64,000 bases of DNA from an uncultured Alphaproteobacteria bacterium (GCA_937888955.1 CALAQW010000065.1:12902-76901); one strand, 5' to 3'; shown: positions 44,279 to 53,541, counted from the first letter of the stretch. The notes: generated from the sequence alone by a model not told the origin. Numbers and translations: made by a program.

Positions 44279-45194
44279 CGTCCGCCTGCGGCGAAGGGTT
44301 GCCGATCTGTGCCAGAATTTCGCTCACCGTCTCGCCGCCAAGCGCTGCCATATCATCCTGATATTTGAGCAGCACCCCGAGCGTGTCATGCACCGTATCG
44401 GGATCAAGCGCGTGCTTGTCGAGCGCGGTGAGCGCGCGCGCCCAGTCGATGCTTTCGGCCACTCCGGGCAGCTTGAACAAATCCCGCTGCCGCAATGCCT
44501 GAACGAATGCGACGATCTGCGCTGACAGGGCTGCCGCTGCCTCGGGCACCTTCTGGCGCAGGATTGCAAGCTCACGCGCCGCGTCCGGATAATCGAGCCA
44601 ATGGTAAAGACAGCGCCGCTTCAGCGCGTCATGAATTTCACGCGTGCGGTTCGAGGTGATGATTACCAGCGGTGGTTTGGTGGCACGAATCGTCCCGATT
44701 TCCGGCACCGTCACCTGAAAATCCGACAGGATTTCAAGCAAATAGGCCTCAAAAGGCGCATCGGCCCGATCAAGCTCGTCAATCAGCAATACAGGCGGGC
44801 CGTCGACATCGGGACTGAGCGCCTGCAGCAACGGGCGACGGATCAGAAACCGTTCGGAAAAGATATCGCGCCCCAGCTCCTGCCGGTCGCTCACCCCTTC
44901 AGCCTCCGCCAGGCGGATTTCGATCATCTGCGCCGCATAGTTCCACTCATAGACAGCGCTTGCGGTATCAAGCCCCTCATAACATTGCAGCCGCAGCAGA
45001 TGACGGCCAAGCCCGTCCGCCAGGACCTTGGCGATCTCGGTCTTGCCGACACCTGCCTCGCCTTCCAGAAACAAGGGGCGGCCAAGGGTCAGGCTCAAGA
45101 ACAAGACCGTCGCAAGCGACCGGTCTGCAATATAGCCTTGCGCCGCAAGCAATGCCTGTGTTGCCGCAATATCGGCGGGGAAGTCAGTATCCAT
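44268..45194 (-). CDS. MoxR-family AAA+ ATPase (CoxD-like)
   Basis: Walker A EGEAGVGKTEIA, Walker B LLIDELDRA, and QCYEGLD...YEWNY, ALKRRCL and ESIDWAR motifs. Confidence 0.9.
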   Translation of the reverse strand: MDTDFPADIAATQALLAAQGYIADRSLATVLFLSLTLGRPLFLEGEAGVGKTEIAKVLADGLGRHLLRLQCYEGLDTASAVYEWNYAAQMIEIRLAEAEGVSDRQELGRDIFSERFLIRRPLLQALSPDVDGPPVLLIDELDRADAPFEAYLLEILSDFQVTVPEIGTIRATKPPLVIITSNRTREIHDALKRRCLYHWLDYPDAARELAILRQKVPEAAAALSAQIVAFVQALRQRDLFKLPGVAESIDWARALTALDKHALDPDTVHDTLGVLLKYQDDMAALGGETVSEILAQIGNPSPQADDGG

Positions 45195-45313
45195 TCCCCG
45201 AGATTAGTTTGGTGGCGGTTTTCCCGAAAGGACAAAAACACAAAGGGCGGAGATCAACCTGTCCGCACACCTTGCCACAATAGAAATGCAGCTCGCTGCA
45301 ATGCCGGAAAAAA

Positions 45314-46282
45314 TCAGCGGATTTCGGGCTCTACATGGTTCATCGCGCTGAGCCGCAAGAGCCGCACCTCACCGCTTTGCAGAATCTCGGAACGCACCGC
45401 CCATCGCCGTGTTTCAAATGCCAGTGCGCGTCTGAGATTAACCTGTTTTTCCGCGTCCGCCTCCTCGGCGAGCAGCTCTTCCATCCGCCGGCTAAGGGTC
45501 CGGAAGCCCGCGCTGATAAAGTCTACCTGCTTTGCTGAAATATCTTCGGTCACGCAGACCTCAAGGCTGGCTTCGGCGAGCGCCGCCTCGTAATCATCTT
45601 TCGTCCAGAAGCAGCTTTCCAGTTCGGCATTCTCATTCCACGCCCTGACGACCCCCTCACTCGGGGAATTGGACGCGGCAATGTAATCTGTGATGAGCAA
45701 CTGCCCCTTTGGCTTGAGCGTCTGTTTAATCTCGCCAATCAACCGCTTTTTCGATTTCCCTGCCAGCACATGCAGCAGCTCTTTCGACAAAACGCAGTCA
45801 AATTTTCGCTCGGGCAATTCAAGGGTTTGCGGGTCGAACTGCGCAATTGGAACTTTTTTCGACATTCCAGCCATTTTTGACTGTTCCATCCCTGCACTGA
45901 CCCAATCCTCGCGGGTTTCATAGGCCGTGACCCAGATACCGTATTCTTCACTGATCGCACGCGATGGACCGCCAAGCCCCGCACCGATGTCAAGCATGCT
46001 CATCTCGGCAGTCAGGCCAAGATAGGCAGTAATTTCGCGCATGAAATCAGCCGGCCCCGGCGACACGCATCCCGGTCCCCAAAGCTCCTGCAGAACAGCC
46101 GCGCGGGCCGTCAGATCCTGTTTGAAACGCGGCGCGGAAATAACACGCGGCTCGTCCGTGTCCCGATCCGGATCGTCGGCCTGCTCGTCAGTTGAATTCA
46201 AGTCATAGCCATGCCACCAGGCGGCCAGTTTTTGCTTGAACCCTGGGACGCGGCCGGATGTCTCTTCCAACATGGCCTTCAC
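45314..46282 (-). CDS. class I SAM-dependent methyltransferase
   Basis: Motif I MLDIGAGLGGP followed by an acidic residue at the end of strand 2 (WVTAYE), and a post-I/II pattern (FDCVLS...LKPKGQLLITDY). The N-terminal ~60 aa are acidic and low-complexity. Confidence 0.8.
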   Translation of the reverse strand: MKAMLEETSGRVPGFKQKLAAWWHGYDLNSTDEQADDPDRDTDEPRVISAPRFKQDLTARAAVLQELWGPGCVSPGPADFMREITAYLGLTAEMSMLDIGAGLGGPSRAISEEYGIWVTAYETREDWVSAGMEQSKMAGMSKKVPIAQFDPQTLELPERKFDCVLSKELLHVLAGKSKKRLIGEIKQTLKPKGQLLITDYIAASNSPSEGVVRAWNENAELESCFWTKDDYEAALAEASLEVCVTEDISAKQVDFISAGFRTLSRRMEELLAEEADAEKQVNLRRALAFETRRWAVRSEILQSGEVRLLRLSAMNHVEPEIR

Positions 46283-46369
46283 GTCGAATTCCCCGGTATT
46301 TATCCTTCTTACATCCCTACTCCCTTGCGTGAGGCTAACAAGGGTGACTTAACAGAAGCTTAAGCGCGA

Positions 46370-47398
46370 TCAGGGAAGCGGTTGCAGCGCGGCACGCAGA
46401 TCACGCTTTTCATAGCCAGACGGGAGCGGCGCAGCCGGATCCTGCGCCCAGGCAGCAATATCGCGCCAGACGATTTCAGCCTGCAGATCGCGCAGCAGCA
46501 TATGATAGCCATCCGAATAGATTGCCGTCCGGCGCGGCGGCGGGAGTTGTCCGGCCACAACGTCAACCGGCACTTTGGGGATCAGCTCATCACGCGCACC
46601 GTAAAGCAGCAAACTGGGTAATTTCACATGCCCGGCCGACTGGTAAGCACGCTCCATCAACTCCACCAGCCCATACACCGCATCGGTGCGGGTCTGCTTG
46701 ATGACCAATGGATCTTGCCCCAGCGCCCGCAGCATCGCCAGATTGTCGGACGCCACGATACCAAGCCCCTGCCCGCTCATTTTGTTGCCCGGCACGGTAT
46801 GCGCCGCCAGCCACAGAGCGCCACGGTAAACAGGGTTGAGGCTTGACCAGCCCCATACCGCCGGCGCGACGAGGATGATCCCATCGGCGGCAACAGGCGG
46901 ATCTTCGGCAGCCGCCGCCAACGCCACCGCACCGCCCATACTGACGCCAAGCAGATAGATCGGCAGCCCCGGATGGCGATCGCGAACCAGATCAATCATC
47001 GTGCCGGCATCCGCGACCAACCGCTCGTCCCCGGGCCAGATTCCCCGCATCGGCGCACTGCCAAAGCCGCGCTGATCATAAGCATAAACGGTTATATTGT
47101 TTTCAGACCACCAGCGCCCCGCATCATCAAACGCCGCGCGGTAATCGTTGAAACCATGCAAGGCGACGATGACCGCGGCCGGATTGGCCGCAACATGCCG
47201 CCGCACCTTGAGCTTCAAGCCATCCGCCGTCAGATAATGGGTATCCGTCAATGCAGGATTGAAACGCGCGGGACCCGCTTCCTGCACACGCGGCGCGCAG
47301 GCCGCAAACAGCAGCAGCACCCAAACAATACCAATCCTGAGCGCCACCGTCCCAAGACGCGCGCCGCGCTGACAGCCCCTGCCGCAAGACCCATTCAC
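46370..47398 (-). CDS. alpha/beta hydrolase (lysophospholipase/monoacylglycerol-lipase-like), probable lipoprotein
   Basis: Signal peptide with lipobox-like LLLFAACAP, an HGFND oxyanion region, nucleophile elbow GVSMGG and a late DGYH. Confidence 0.8.
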   Translation of the reverse strand: MNGSCGRGCQRGARLGTVALRIGIVWVLLLFAACAPRVQEAGPARFNPALTDTHYLTADGLKLKVRRHVAANPAAVIVALHGFNDYRAAFDDAGRWWSENNITVYAYDQRGFGSAPMRGIWPGDERLVADAGTMIDLVRDRHPGLPIYLLGVSMGGAVALAAAAEDPPVAADGIILVAPAVWGWSSLNPVYRGALWLAAHTVPGNKMSGQGLGIVASDNLAMLRALGQDPLVIKQTRTDAVYGLVELMERAYQSAGHVKLPSLLLYGARDELIPKVPVDVVAGQLPPPRRTAIYSDGYHMLLRDLQAEIVWRDIAAWAQDPAAPLPSGYEKRDLRAALQPLP

Positions 47399-47411
47399 GT
47401 CGCAGGCTTCC

Positions 47412-47996
47412 TCATATCAACTGCCGCACCCGCTCGCGCAGATAAGGCAACAGATCAGTCTCAAACCAGGGATTGCGCTTCAACCAGCTATTATTGCGCC
47501 AGGACGGGTGCGGCATTGGCAAGGCTGCCGGCAGATAATCGCGCCAGCCGCGCACCGTCTCGGTAAGGTTTTTTTGCCGCCGCGCACCCAGATGCCATGC
47601 CTGCGCATATTGCCCGACAAGCAGCGTCAGCTCCATGGCAGGCAAGGCCGCGAACAACCGCGCCCGCCAGAGCGGCGCACATTCCTTGCGCGGCGGAAGA
47701 TCACCGCCCTTCGCATCGAGCCCGGGAAAGCAGAACCCCATCGGAATGATGGCGACCTTATCGCTGTCGTAAAAGGTTTCCGCATCGATCCCCAGCCAAT
47801 CGCGCAACCTGTCACCGCTCGGATCCGTAAAAGGGATACCGCTTTCGTGAACGCGTGTACCGGGTGCCTGTCCGACAATACAAATCCGCGCACGACCGGC
47901 AACCTGCAAGACAGGGCGCGGCTCATGGGGCAATGCCTCGGCACAGGCGCGGCATTGCCTGATTTCCCGGACAAGCGCTGGCAGAGATTCGCGCAT
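47412..47996 (-). CDS. uracil-DNA glycosylase superfamily protein
   Basis: UDG-superfamily motif A-like IVGQAPG and motif B-like HPSWRN. Cys-containing N-terminus (CRAC). The start abuts the upstream stop with no gap (TGAATG read on the minus strand). Confidence 0.75.
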   Translation of the reverse strand: MRESLPALVREIRQCRACAEALPHEPRPVLQVAGRARICIVGQAPGTRVHESGIPFTDPSGDRLRDWLGIDAETFYDSDKVAIIPMGFCFPGLDAKGGDLPPRKECAPLWRARLFAALPAMELTLLVGQYAQAWHLGARRQKNLTETVRGWRDYLPAALPMPHPSWRNNSWLKRNPWFETDLLPYLRERVRQLI

Positions 47997-49823
47997 TCAG
48001 GCGGCCAGCACCTCAAGCTTGTCCGCCACCGCCAGTGCACGCGGCACACTGACCGGATAGTCAAGCAGCATCTGCGCGAATGCCTTGCCCTGCGGATCGT
48101 TGCGCAGGCTGGCCGTGCCGCCACCGCCAAGGACATTCTCAAGCAGGAAATTGAGACCGTGCACACCGGGCAGATCGAAACGGTGCACCGCCCCTTCCAG
48201 GATATGCGCATAGTGACTGGCGACTGCCTGTTCGGTCAGGGTGCGCCTGATCCAGGGCAGATAGTCCGGCCGCCGGGCGATGATCCCGACATTGGCGTGA
48301 TTGCCCTTGTCACCGCTGCGGCCATAGGCCAGCGCGACAAGCGGCACCGTTACCATCCCCGATGCATCATCGCCCCCGACATCGGCCGCCTCCGCCTGCT
48401 CGCTACTCTCGCGCAGCATGGCGGCATCAAACCCGCCCTCAAGGGGAACGTCCACCGGCAAGATATTTCCCTCCACATGCACCGCGACCGGCAGCTCGGC
48501 TTTCGGCACGAGGCACGAAAACAACCGCACCACGGGTGACACTTTCGGCCGGTTACCGGCCATCCCGCAAATGCCGGGCGACATCGCGGTCGCCGCAGAC
48601 GTCGATTCGCGCACCAGCATGTTGAGCGCCTGCGTCGTTTCATGTTTCGCGGCAAGTTTCAGGATCACCTCGCGCGCACCGCGGGCCCGGCTGTGAGGGC
48701 CATAGCTGCCCTCCGCCCCCAGAATTTCGATGCTCGTTTCGGAAAAATCAGGTTGATTGCTGTCGCGCAGCATTTGGCGGCAGCGTTTGAGGATGGCCTC
48801 CCCTGTCCGTTCCGCCTTTGCCGCCGCATCGATCCCGCCGATGGTGTGATAGATACCGACGCGGAACCCGTCTTCATAGGTGGCCGACACCTTGTAGGTC
48901 GGGGTGGGCGGGCGGCCTTTCGCATTGGCGACACGGACCAAATCGCGGTCCAGCTCGTCGATCGTGACCTGCGAGAAATCGCAGGTTACATCGGGCAGGA
49001 AATAGGCGCGCGGGTCGCCGATCTCGTAAAGCATCTGTTCAGCAACCGTGCCAAAGCTGACAAGCCCGCCTGTGCCGTCGGGCTTGCTGACGACGAAACT
49101 GCCATCCGCTGCGACTTCGGCAATCGGGAAGCCGATATTGTCCCAGTCGCGCGACAGGTGCCAATCGGTATGGATACCGCCTGTCGCCTGCGCGCCGCAT
49201 TCAAGTATATGCCCTGCCAGACTGCCACCGGCGAGCGCGTCATAACTGTCAAGCGGCCAGTCAAACTCATAAATACAGGCGCCAAGCGTCACCGCGCTGT
49301 CGACGCAGCGCCCCGTCACCACGATATCGGCCCCCTGCGCAAGCGCCGCGGCAATTGCAGGCGCCCCGAGATACGCATTCATCGACATCAGCTTTTCGGG
49401 CATGTCGGTGCCGTTGAACATTTCGCGGATACCGGCGGCACGCAGCCTGTCTGCCTGATCAAGGATATCGTCGCCGGTCACCACCGCGACTTTGAGATCA
49501 AGCCCAAGCTCCTGGATCAGCGCCTCGATCGCCTGCCCGCAGGACAGGCAATTCACCCCGCCGGCATTGGAGATAATCTTGATGCCGCGCTGCGCCGCAT
49601 CGGGCAGGATCGTCCGCAACACGCCTGATACGAAATCGAGCGCATAACCCGCCTCGGGTTTCTTCGCCCGCGCGCGCGCCATGATCGACATGGTGATTTC
49701 CGCCAGATAATCGAAAACCAGATAATCGACAGCGCCATCTTGGATAAGTTGCTGCGCGCCCAGCGCGGTATCGCCCCAGAAACCCGTGGCCCCGCCGATC
49801 CTGATTGTTTTTTCCGCCGTCAT
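47997..49823 (-). CDS. AtuA-family (DUF1446-type, acyclic terpene utilisation) protein
   Basis: N-terminus IRIGGATGFWGDT...VDYLVFDYLAEITMSI is typical of the AtuA family. Length 608 aa. Confidence 0.75.
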   Translation of the reverse strand: MTAEKTIRIGGATGFWGDTALGAQQLIQDGAVDYLVFDYLAEITMSIMARARAKKPEAGYALDFVSGVLRTILPDAAQRGIKIISNAGGVNCLSCGQAIEALIQELGLDLKVAVVTGDDILDQADRLRAAGIREMFNGTDMPEKLMSMNAYLGAPAIAAALAQGADIVVTGRCVDSAVTLGACIYEFDWPLDSYDALAGGSLAGHILECGAQATGGIHTDWHLSRDWDNIGFPIAEVAADGSFVVSKPDGTGGLVSFGTVAEQMLYEIGDPRAYFLPDVTCDFSQVTIDELDRDLVRVANAKGRPPTPTYKVSATYEDGFRVGIYHTIGGIDAAAKAERTGEAILKRCRQMLRDSNQPDFSETSIEILGAEGSYGPHSRARGAREVILKLAAKHETTQALNMLVRESTSAATAMSPGICGMAGNRPKVSPVVRLFSCLVPKAELPVAVHVEGNILPVDVPLEGGFDAAMLRESSEQAEAADVGGDDASGMVTVPLVALAYGRSGDKGNHANVGIIARRPDYLPWIRRTLTEQAVASHYAHILEGAVHRFDLPGVHGLNFLLENVLGGGGTASLRNDPQGKAFAQMLLDYPVSVPRALAVADKLEVLAA

Positions 49824-50057
49824 CTCACCTGCCCTTTTAACTGTTACGCGCCGGGCCTTTGCCCGGTCCTTGGCTATTGCGCGGTATTATAAGCCGCAAC
49901 CGAAGGCCGCGCAGCAATTGCGGGAGAAATTTAGCGGACAGGCGGGTACAAGGGAAAATCACGAAGCCGTCAATTTGGCGAGTTTCTATGCCCGCCCCCC
50001 CGGGCCAGATGCGGGAATCAGACAAAAGCAAACAAAATCAACGGCGCTTTCAAGCGA

Positions 50058-50145
50058 TGGTGGCCGCGGCCGGACTCGAACCGGCACTCGGTATTCCCGA
50101 GGCAGATTTTAAGTCTGCTGTGTCTACCAATTCCACCACGCGGCC
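50058..50145 (-). tRNA. tRNA-Leu (anticodon UAA), CCA encoded
   Basis: The minus strand reads GGCCGCG-UG-GUGGAAUUGGUAGACAC-A-GCAGA-CU UAA AA-UCUGC, a long variable arm (CUCGGGAAUACCGAGU), GCCGG-UUCGAGU-CCGGC, then CGCGGCC-A-CCA. A full cloverleaf can be drawn. Confidence 0.95.
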
Positions 50146-50154
50146 TGATTTTTG

Positions 50155-50216
50155 GCTTTATGCCCGACATCGGGCTATGCAGACGTCGCTTTATGCGATG
50201 AAGGCTCGCTTTATGC
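50155..50216. repeat. three perfect copies of GCTTTATGC (plus one GGCTATGC variant) upstream of tRNA-Leu
   Basis: Perfect copies at 50155-50163, 50188-50196 and 50208-50216, and a variant at 50172-50180. On the tRNA strand they read GCATAAAGC, which is -10-like. An adjacent inverted repeat is GAATGC-N8-GCATTC (50225-50244). Confidence 0.6.
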
Positions 50217-50339
50217 AATCTATTGAATGCGTTGCAAAGCATTCATTTCGCGAAGCGGCCTGAGCGGTTACAGGCCGCATCAGCACGCCGTGCCACACCG
50301 CAAGGGCTGAAACCGATGGCCGCCACGGACCATGCAGGC

Positions 50340-50372
50340 AAAAAAGGCGGGAGGTTTTGGCAACCACCCGCC
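50340..50372 (-). terminator. intrinsic terminator of the small secreted-protein gene
   Basis: Read on the minus strand: GGCGGGTGGTT-GCCAA-AACCTCCCGCC (10 pairs, 1 mismatch) followed by TTTTTTGCC. Lies 54 nt after the stop at 50426. Confidence 0.8.
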
Positions 50373-50425
50373 GATTCTCGCTGGATAAATTACCGGCCGC
50401 AGGAAAACGGCCAATAATAAATGTC

Positions 50426-50731
50426 TTATTTCACCATACCGCGCCAAACCGGCCAGCAGGTGTTGCCGCCCGCCTTTGTCAGCGATTCATCATAGGCGGT
50501 TTTCTGTGCCGCTTCGCGGTTCGGTCCGTCAACCTGCGTGATATAGTCGCCAATGCTTGTGCAATTGACGTAGAATTCATGCTTGCCAGCTTTTTCCCAG
50601 GCTTCGCGCGACGAATCCAAATGCGATACATCCATCATGCCGGCGACATAGCCCGGCTCCGCATTCGCAACCCCAAACATCATCGCGGCGCCAAATGCCA
50701 AGCCCGCTACTGCAGTGATTTTTTTCACCAT
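50426..50731 (-). CDS. small secreted hypothetical protein (about 101 aa, 2 Cys)
   Basis: The ATG at 50731 gives MVKKITAVAGLAFGAAMMFGVANA, a signal peptide. A strong terminator follows. No family recognised. Confidence 0.45.
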   Translation of the reverse strand: MVKKITAVAGLAFGAAMMFGVANAEPGYVAGMMDVSHLDSSREAWEKAGKHEFYVNCTSIGDYITQVDGPNREAAQKTAYDESLTKAGGNTCWPVWRGMVK

Positions 50732-50921
50732 GCCGTGCTTCTCCCTATAAGCCAATTTATCGTTGTCATCACGTTATTACGTTAATCCGCACAAGATCGC
50801 GGCATGACCATACTTACTTTTGTACGCGATTCCAGCGAAATGTTACATTAACCGAAGAGTTTGCAAAGAGTCTTGCAAAATTTTGCCGATTTTAAGGCAA
50901 GCCGTGACTGTATCGGGAAGA

Positions 50922-51683
50922 TCAGTTCCCCTCTACCGGTTCGGCCCCGACATCGCGGATCATCTGCCGCACACCATCCACAGCCTCGCCGAGCTGTTTG
51001 GCATCGGTTGAACGCATGACGAAGTTCACGCCATAGCCATTGTCCCGATAATAGGGGTAGCTGCCAAAGGACACATCGGGAAATTCCACGTGCAATGCGC
51101 CCAACGCCTCGGCAACCTGCCCTTCGGCAACCGCGCCGCCGACCGCTTTGCTCAAAACCCGTGCGCCCCCCACCAGCCGGTGGCGAATACTTTCAAGCAT
51201 CGCATGCATGACAACCGGGATACCGGCCATCACAAACACATTGCCGATCTTAAAGCCCGGCGCCTTGCTGATCGGGTTTTCGATCAAATCCGCACCATCG
51301 GGGATTCGCGCCATGCGTTTGCGCGCCGCGGTAAATTCGCCGGGCGCGTAATGCGCCCCGAGAATTTCCATTGCCTGCGGGTGATAGTCGATGCCGACAC
51401 CGAAAGCGGTCGCCACCGCATCGGCGGTGATATCATCATGGGTGGGGCCGATGCCGCCGGTTGTGAACACATAATCATAGCGCGCCCGCAGCGCGTTGAG
51501 TGCCGCGACAATCTCATCCTGAATGTCGGGCACAACCCGGATCTCGCGCAGCTGAACCCCCACCTCGCCTAACCATTTGGCAATATAGGAAGAGTTTGTA
51601 TCCTGCGTCCGGCCGGAAAGAATCTCATCACCGATCACAAGCACCGCCGCTGTGACAAAAGCCGCCTTTACTGTCTCTGACAT
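50922..51683 (-). CDS. CinA-like molybdopterin-binding (MoCF-biosynthesis) domain protein
   Basis: The ATG at 51683 gives ...TAAVLVIGDEILSGRTQDTNSSYIAKWL...VFTTGGIGPTHDDIT, which matches the CinA N-terminal domain pattern. Confidence 0.8.
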   Translation of the reverse strand: MSETVKAAFVTAAVLVIGDEILSGRTQDTNSSYIAKWLGEVGVQLREIRVVPDIQDEIVAALNALRARYDYVFTTGGIGPTHDDITADAVATAFGVGIDYHPQAMEILGAHYAPGEFTAARKRMARIPDGADLIENPISKAPGFKIGNVFVMAGIPVVMHAMLESIRHRLVGGARVLSKAVGGAVAEGQVAEALGALHVEFPDVSFGSYPYYRDNGYGVNFVMRSTDAKQLGEAVDGVRQMIRDVGAEPVEGN

Positions 51684-51807
51684 AGTCGTTCTGATATTTC
51701 CGATAGGCCAAGCCCTGATCATAGACCTGTGTGCCCGCCCGTTAAAGCATGAAGCAATAATCAAAGCGGCATTTGCCGCCTCGTTACCACGGCGTTATGG
51801 TCGCGCG

Positions 51808-52536
51808 ATGAAATTTGCAACACCGCTGATCCGCGCGACCCTGAACAAACGCTATAAACGCTTTCTTGCCGACGTCACCTGTGATGACGGCACCGAGCTT
51901 ACCGTGCATTGCGCCAACCCCGGCTCCATGATGGGGCTGACGGAAGCCGGTTCGGACGTCTGGCTGTCGGACAGCAACAATCCCAAGCGGAAGCTGCGCT
52001 ATTCCTGGGAACTGATCGCGGTTGGCGACGCGCTTGTGGGGATCAACACCGCACATCCCAATCGTATCGTAGAAGATGCGGTTGCCGCCGGTCAGGTGCC
52101 CGAATTGCGCGGCTATGGCACGCTGCGCCGCGAGGTAAAATACGGCAAGAACAGCCGTATCGATCTGCTGCTGCAGGACGATGACAAAAGCGACTGCTAT
52201 GTCGAAGTGAAGAATGTCACCCTGATGCGGCAAGCGGGGCTGGCCGAATTTCCCGACGCCAAGACCGCACGCGGCACGAAACATCTGGAGGAGCTGGCAT
52301 TGATGGCCGAGGCCGGGCACCGCGCCGTCATGTTCTATCTGGTGCAACGCACCGATTGCAGCAGCTGCACGGTTGCCGCCGATATCGACCCGGCTTATGC
52401 CGCCGCGCTGGCCGATGCGCAGGCGCGCGGGGTCGAAACGCTATGTTATGACTGCACGATCTCGCCCGAAGCAATCCGGCTGAATGCGGCACTGCCCTTC
52501 CACATCGCACCTGAGACGGGGTTGAGGACGGGCTGA
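51808..52536 (+). CDS. sfsA: sugar fermentation stimulation protein A (SfsA nuclease family)
   Basis: The ATG at 51808 gives MKFATPLIRATLNKRYKRFLADV... plus YVEVKNVTL and KGTKHLEEL motifs. Confidence 0.9.
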   Translation: MKFATPLIRATLNKRYKRFLADVTCDDGTELTVHCANPGSMMGLTEAGSDVWLSDSNNPKRKLRYSWELIAVGDALVGINTAHPNRIVEDAVAAGQVPELRGYGTLRREVKYGKNSRIDLLLQDDDKSDCYVEVKNVTLMRQAGLAEFPDAKTARGTKHLEELALMAEAGHRAVMFYLVQRTDCSSCTVAADIDPAYAAALADAQARGVETLCYDCTISPEAIRLNAALPFHIAPETGLRTG

Positions 52537-52686
52537 TCCCGCGATTGGGCGGCAAGAGTTCACGAGTTTCACCAATTGTAGTAAGAATCGCTATAAGGGT
52601 ATCGCATCACTGCCTGCCCGATCATGGTGGAACCGGGCTGTAACGCGTAGCGAAAAAGATGCGCCCAGTAGTTTGCGGAAAGAACA

Positions 52687-53508
52687 ATGAATTACATTGA
52701 TGCGCGCGAAGCACCCCTGCGCAATAACGGGCTGATCAAACTACACGGTGCGGAAGCCTTTGCCGGCATGCGCGCCGCGGGACGGCTTGCGGCCGAAACC
52801 CTCGATATGATCGGGGAACATGTGGCGCCCGGCATTACAACGGCCGAACTTGACCGGCTGTGCAACGAATTCATCGTGGCGCGCGGCGGCGTTTCCGCGC
52901 CGCTCAACTATCGCGGCTATCCCAAGACGAGCTGCATCTCGCTCAACCATGTCGTCTGCCACGGCATTCCCGGCGACCGGGTACTGCGCGAGGGGGATAT
53001 ACTGAATATCGACGTGACGCCCCTGCTGGATGGCTGGCATGGCGATTCAAGCCGGATGTATGTCGCCGGCAAGCCAAGCGTCAAGGCGAAGCGGCTGATC
53101 GAGGTGACCTATGAATGTCTGATGCGTGGTGTGGCGGCGGCAAAACCGGGGGCCACCACCGGCGATATCGGCCACGCGATCCAGGAATATGCGGAATCGA
53201 ATCGTTGCTCCGTGGTGCGGGATTTTTGCGGTCACGGACTAGGGCAGGTATTTCACGACGCGCCCAATATCATGCATTACGGCAATCCCGGCGAAGGGCT
53301 GGTGCTCAAGCCGGGCATGATCTTCACGATTGAACCGATGATCAATCTGGGCAAATGGCAGGTCAAGATTCTGGGTGACGGCTGGACCGCTGTCACCCGG
53401 GACAAATCGCTGTCGGCGCAGTTCGAGCATTCCATCGGCATCACCGACACCGGCAACGAGATTTTCACAACCTCCCCGGCAGGGCTGCATCATCCATTTA
53501 TCGACTGA
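52687..53508 (+). CDS. map: type I methionine aminopeptidase
   Basis: Metal-ligand context: VVCHGIP, DILNIDVT...DGWHGDSS, FCGHGLG, FTIEPM and QFEHSI. Confidence 0.95.
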   Translation: MNYIDAREAPLRNNGLIKLHGAEAFAGMRAAGRLAAETLDMIGEHVAPGITTAELDRLCNEFIVARGGVSAPLNYRGYPKTSCISLNHVVCHGIPGDRVLREGDILNIDVTPLLDGWHGDSSRMYVAGKPSVKAKRLIEVTYECLMRGVAAAKPGATTGDIGHAIQEYAESNRCSVVRDFCGHGLGQVFHDAPNIMHYGNPGEGLVLKPGMIFTIEPMINLGKWQVKILGDGWTAVTRDKSLSAQFEHSIGITDTGNEIFTTSPAGLHHPFID

Positions 53509-53541
53509 CATCAACTGACATAGACGGACAGATCTTTCCCT

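Noticed and set aside
49786-50263. ORFs 49786-50112, 49859-50263 (plus strand) and 50018-50242 (minus strand) overlapping the tRNA.
   Set aside because: They overlap a perfectly folding tRNA-Leu and its promoter and terminator regions, and have no coding signatures.
49824-50425. Genomic island or prophage insertion at the tRNA-Leu gene.
   Set aside because: There is no integrase, no direct repeat of the tRNA 3' end, and no compositional shift on either side. The flanking genes look like ordinary chromosomal genes.
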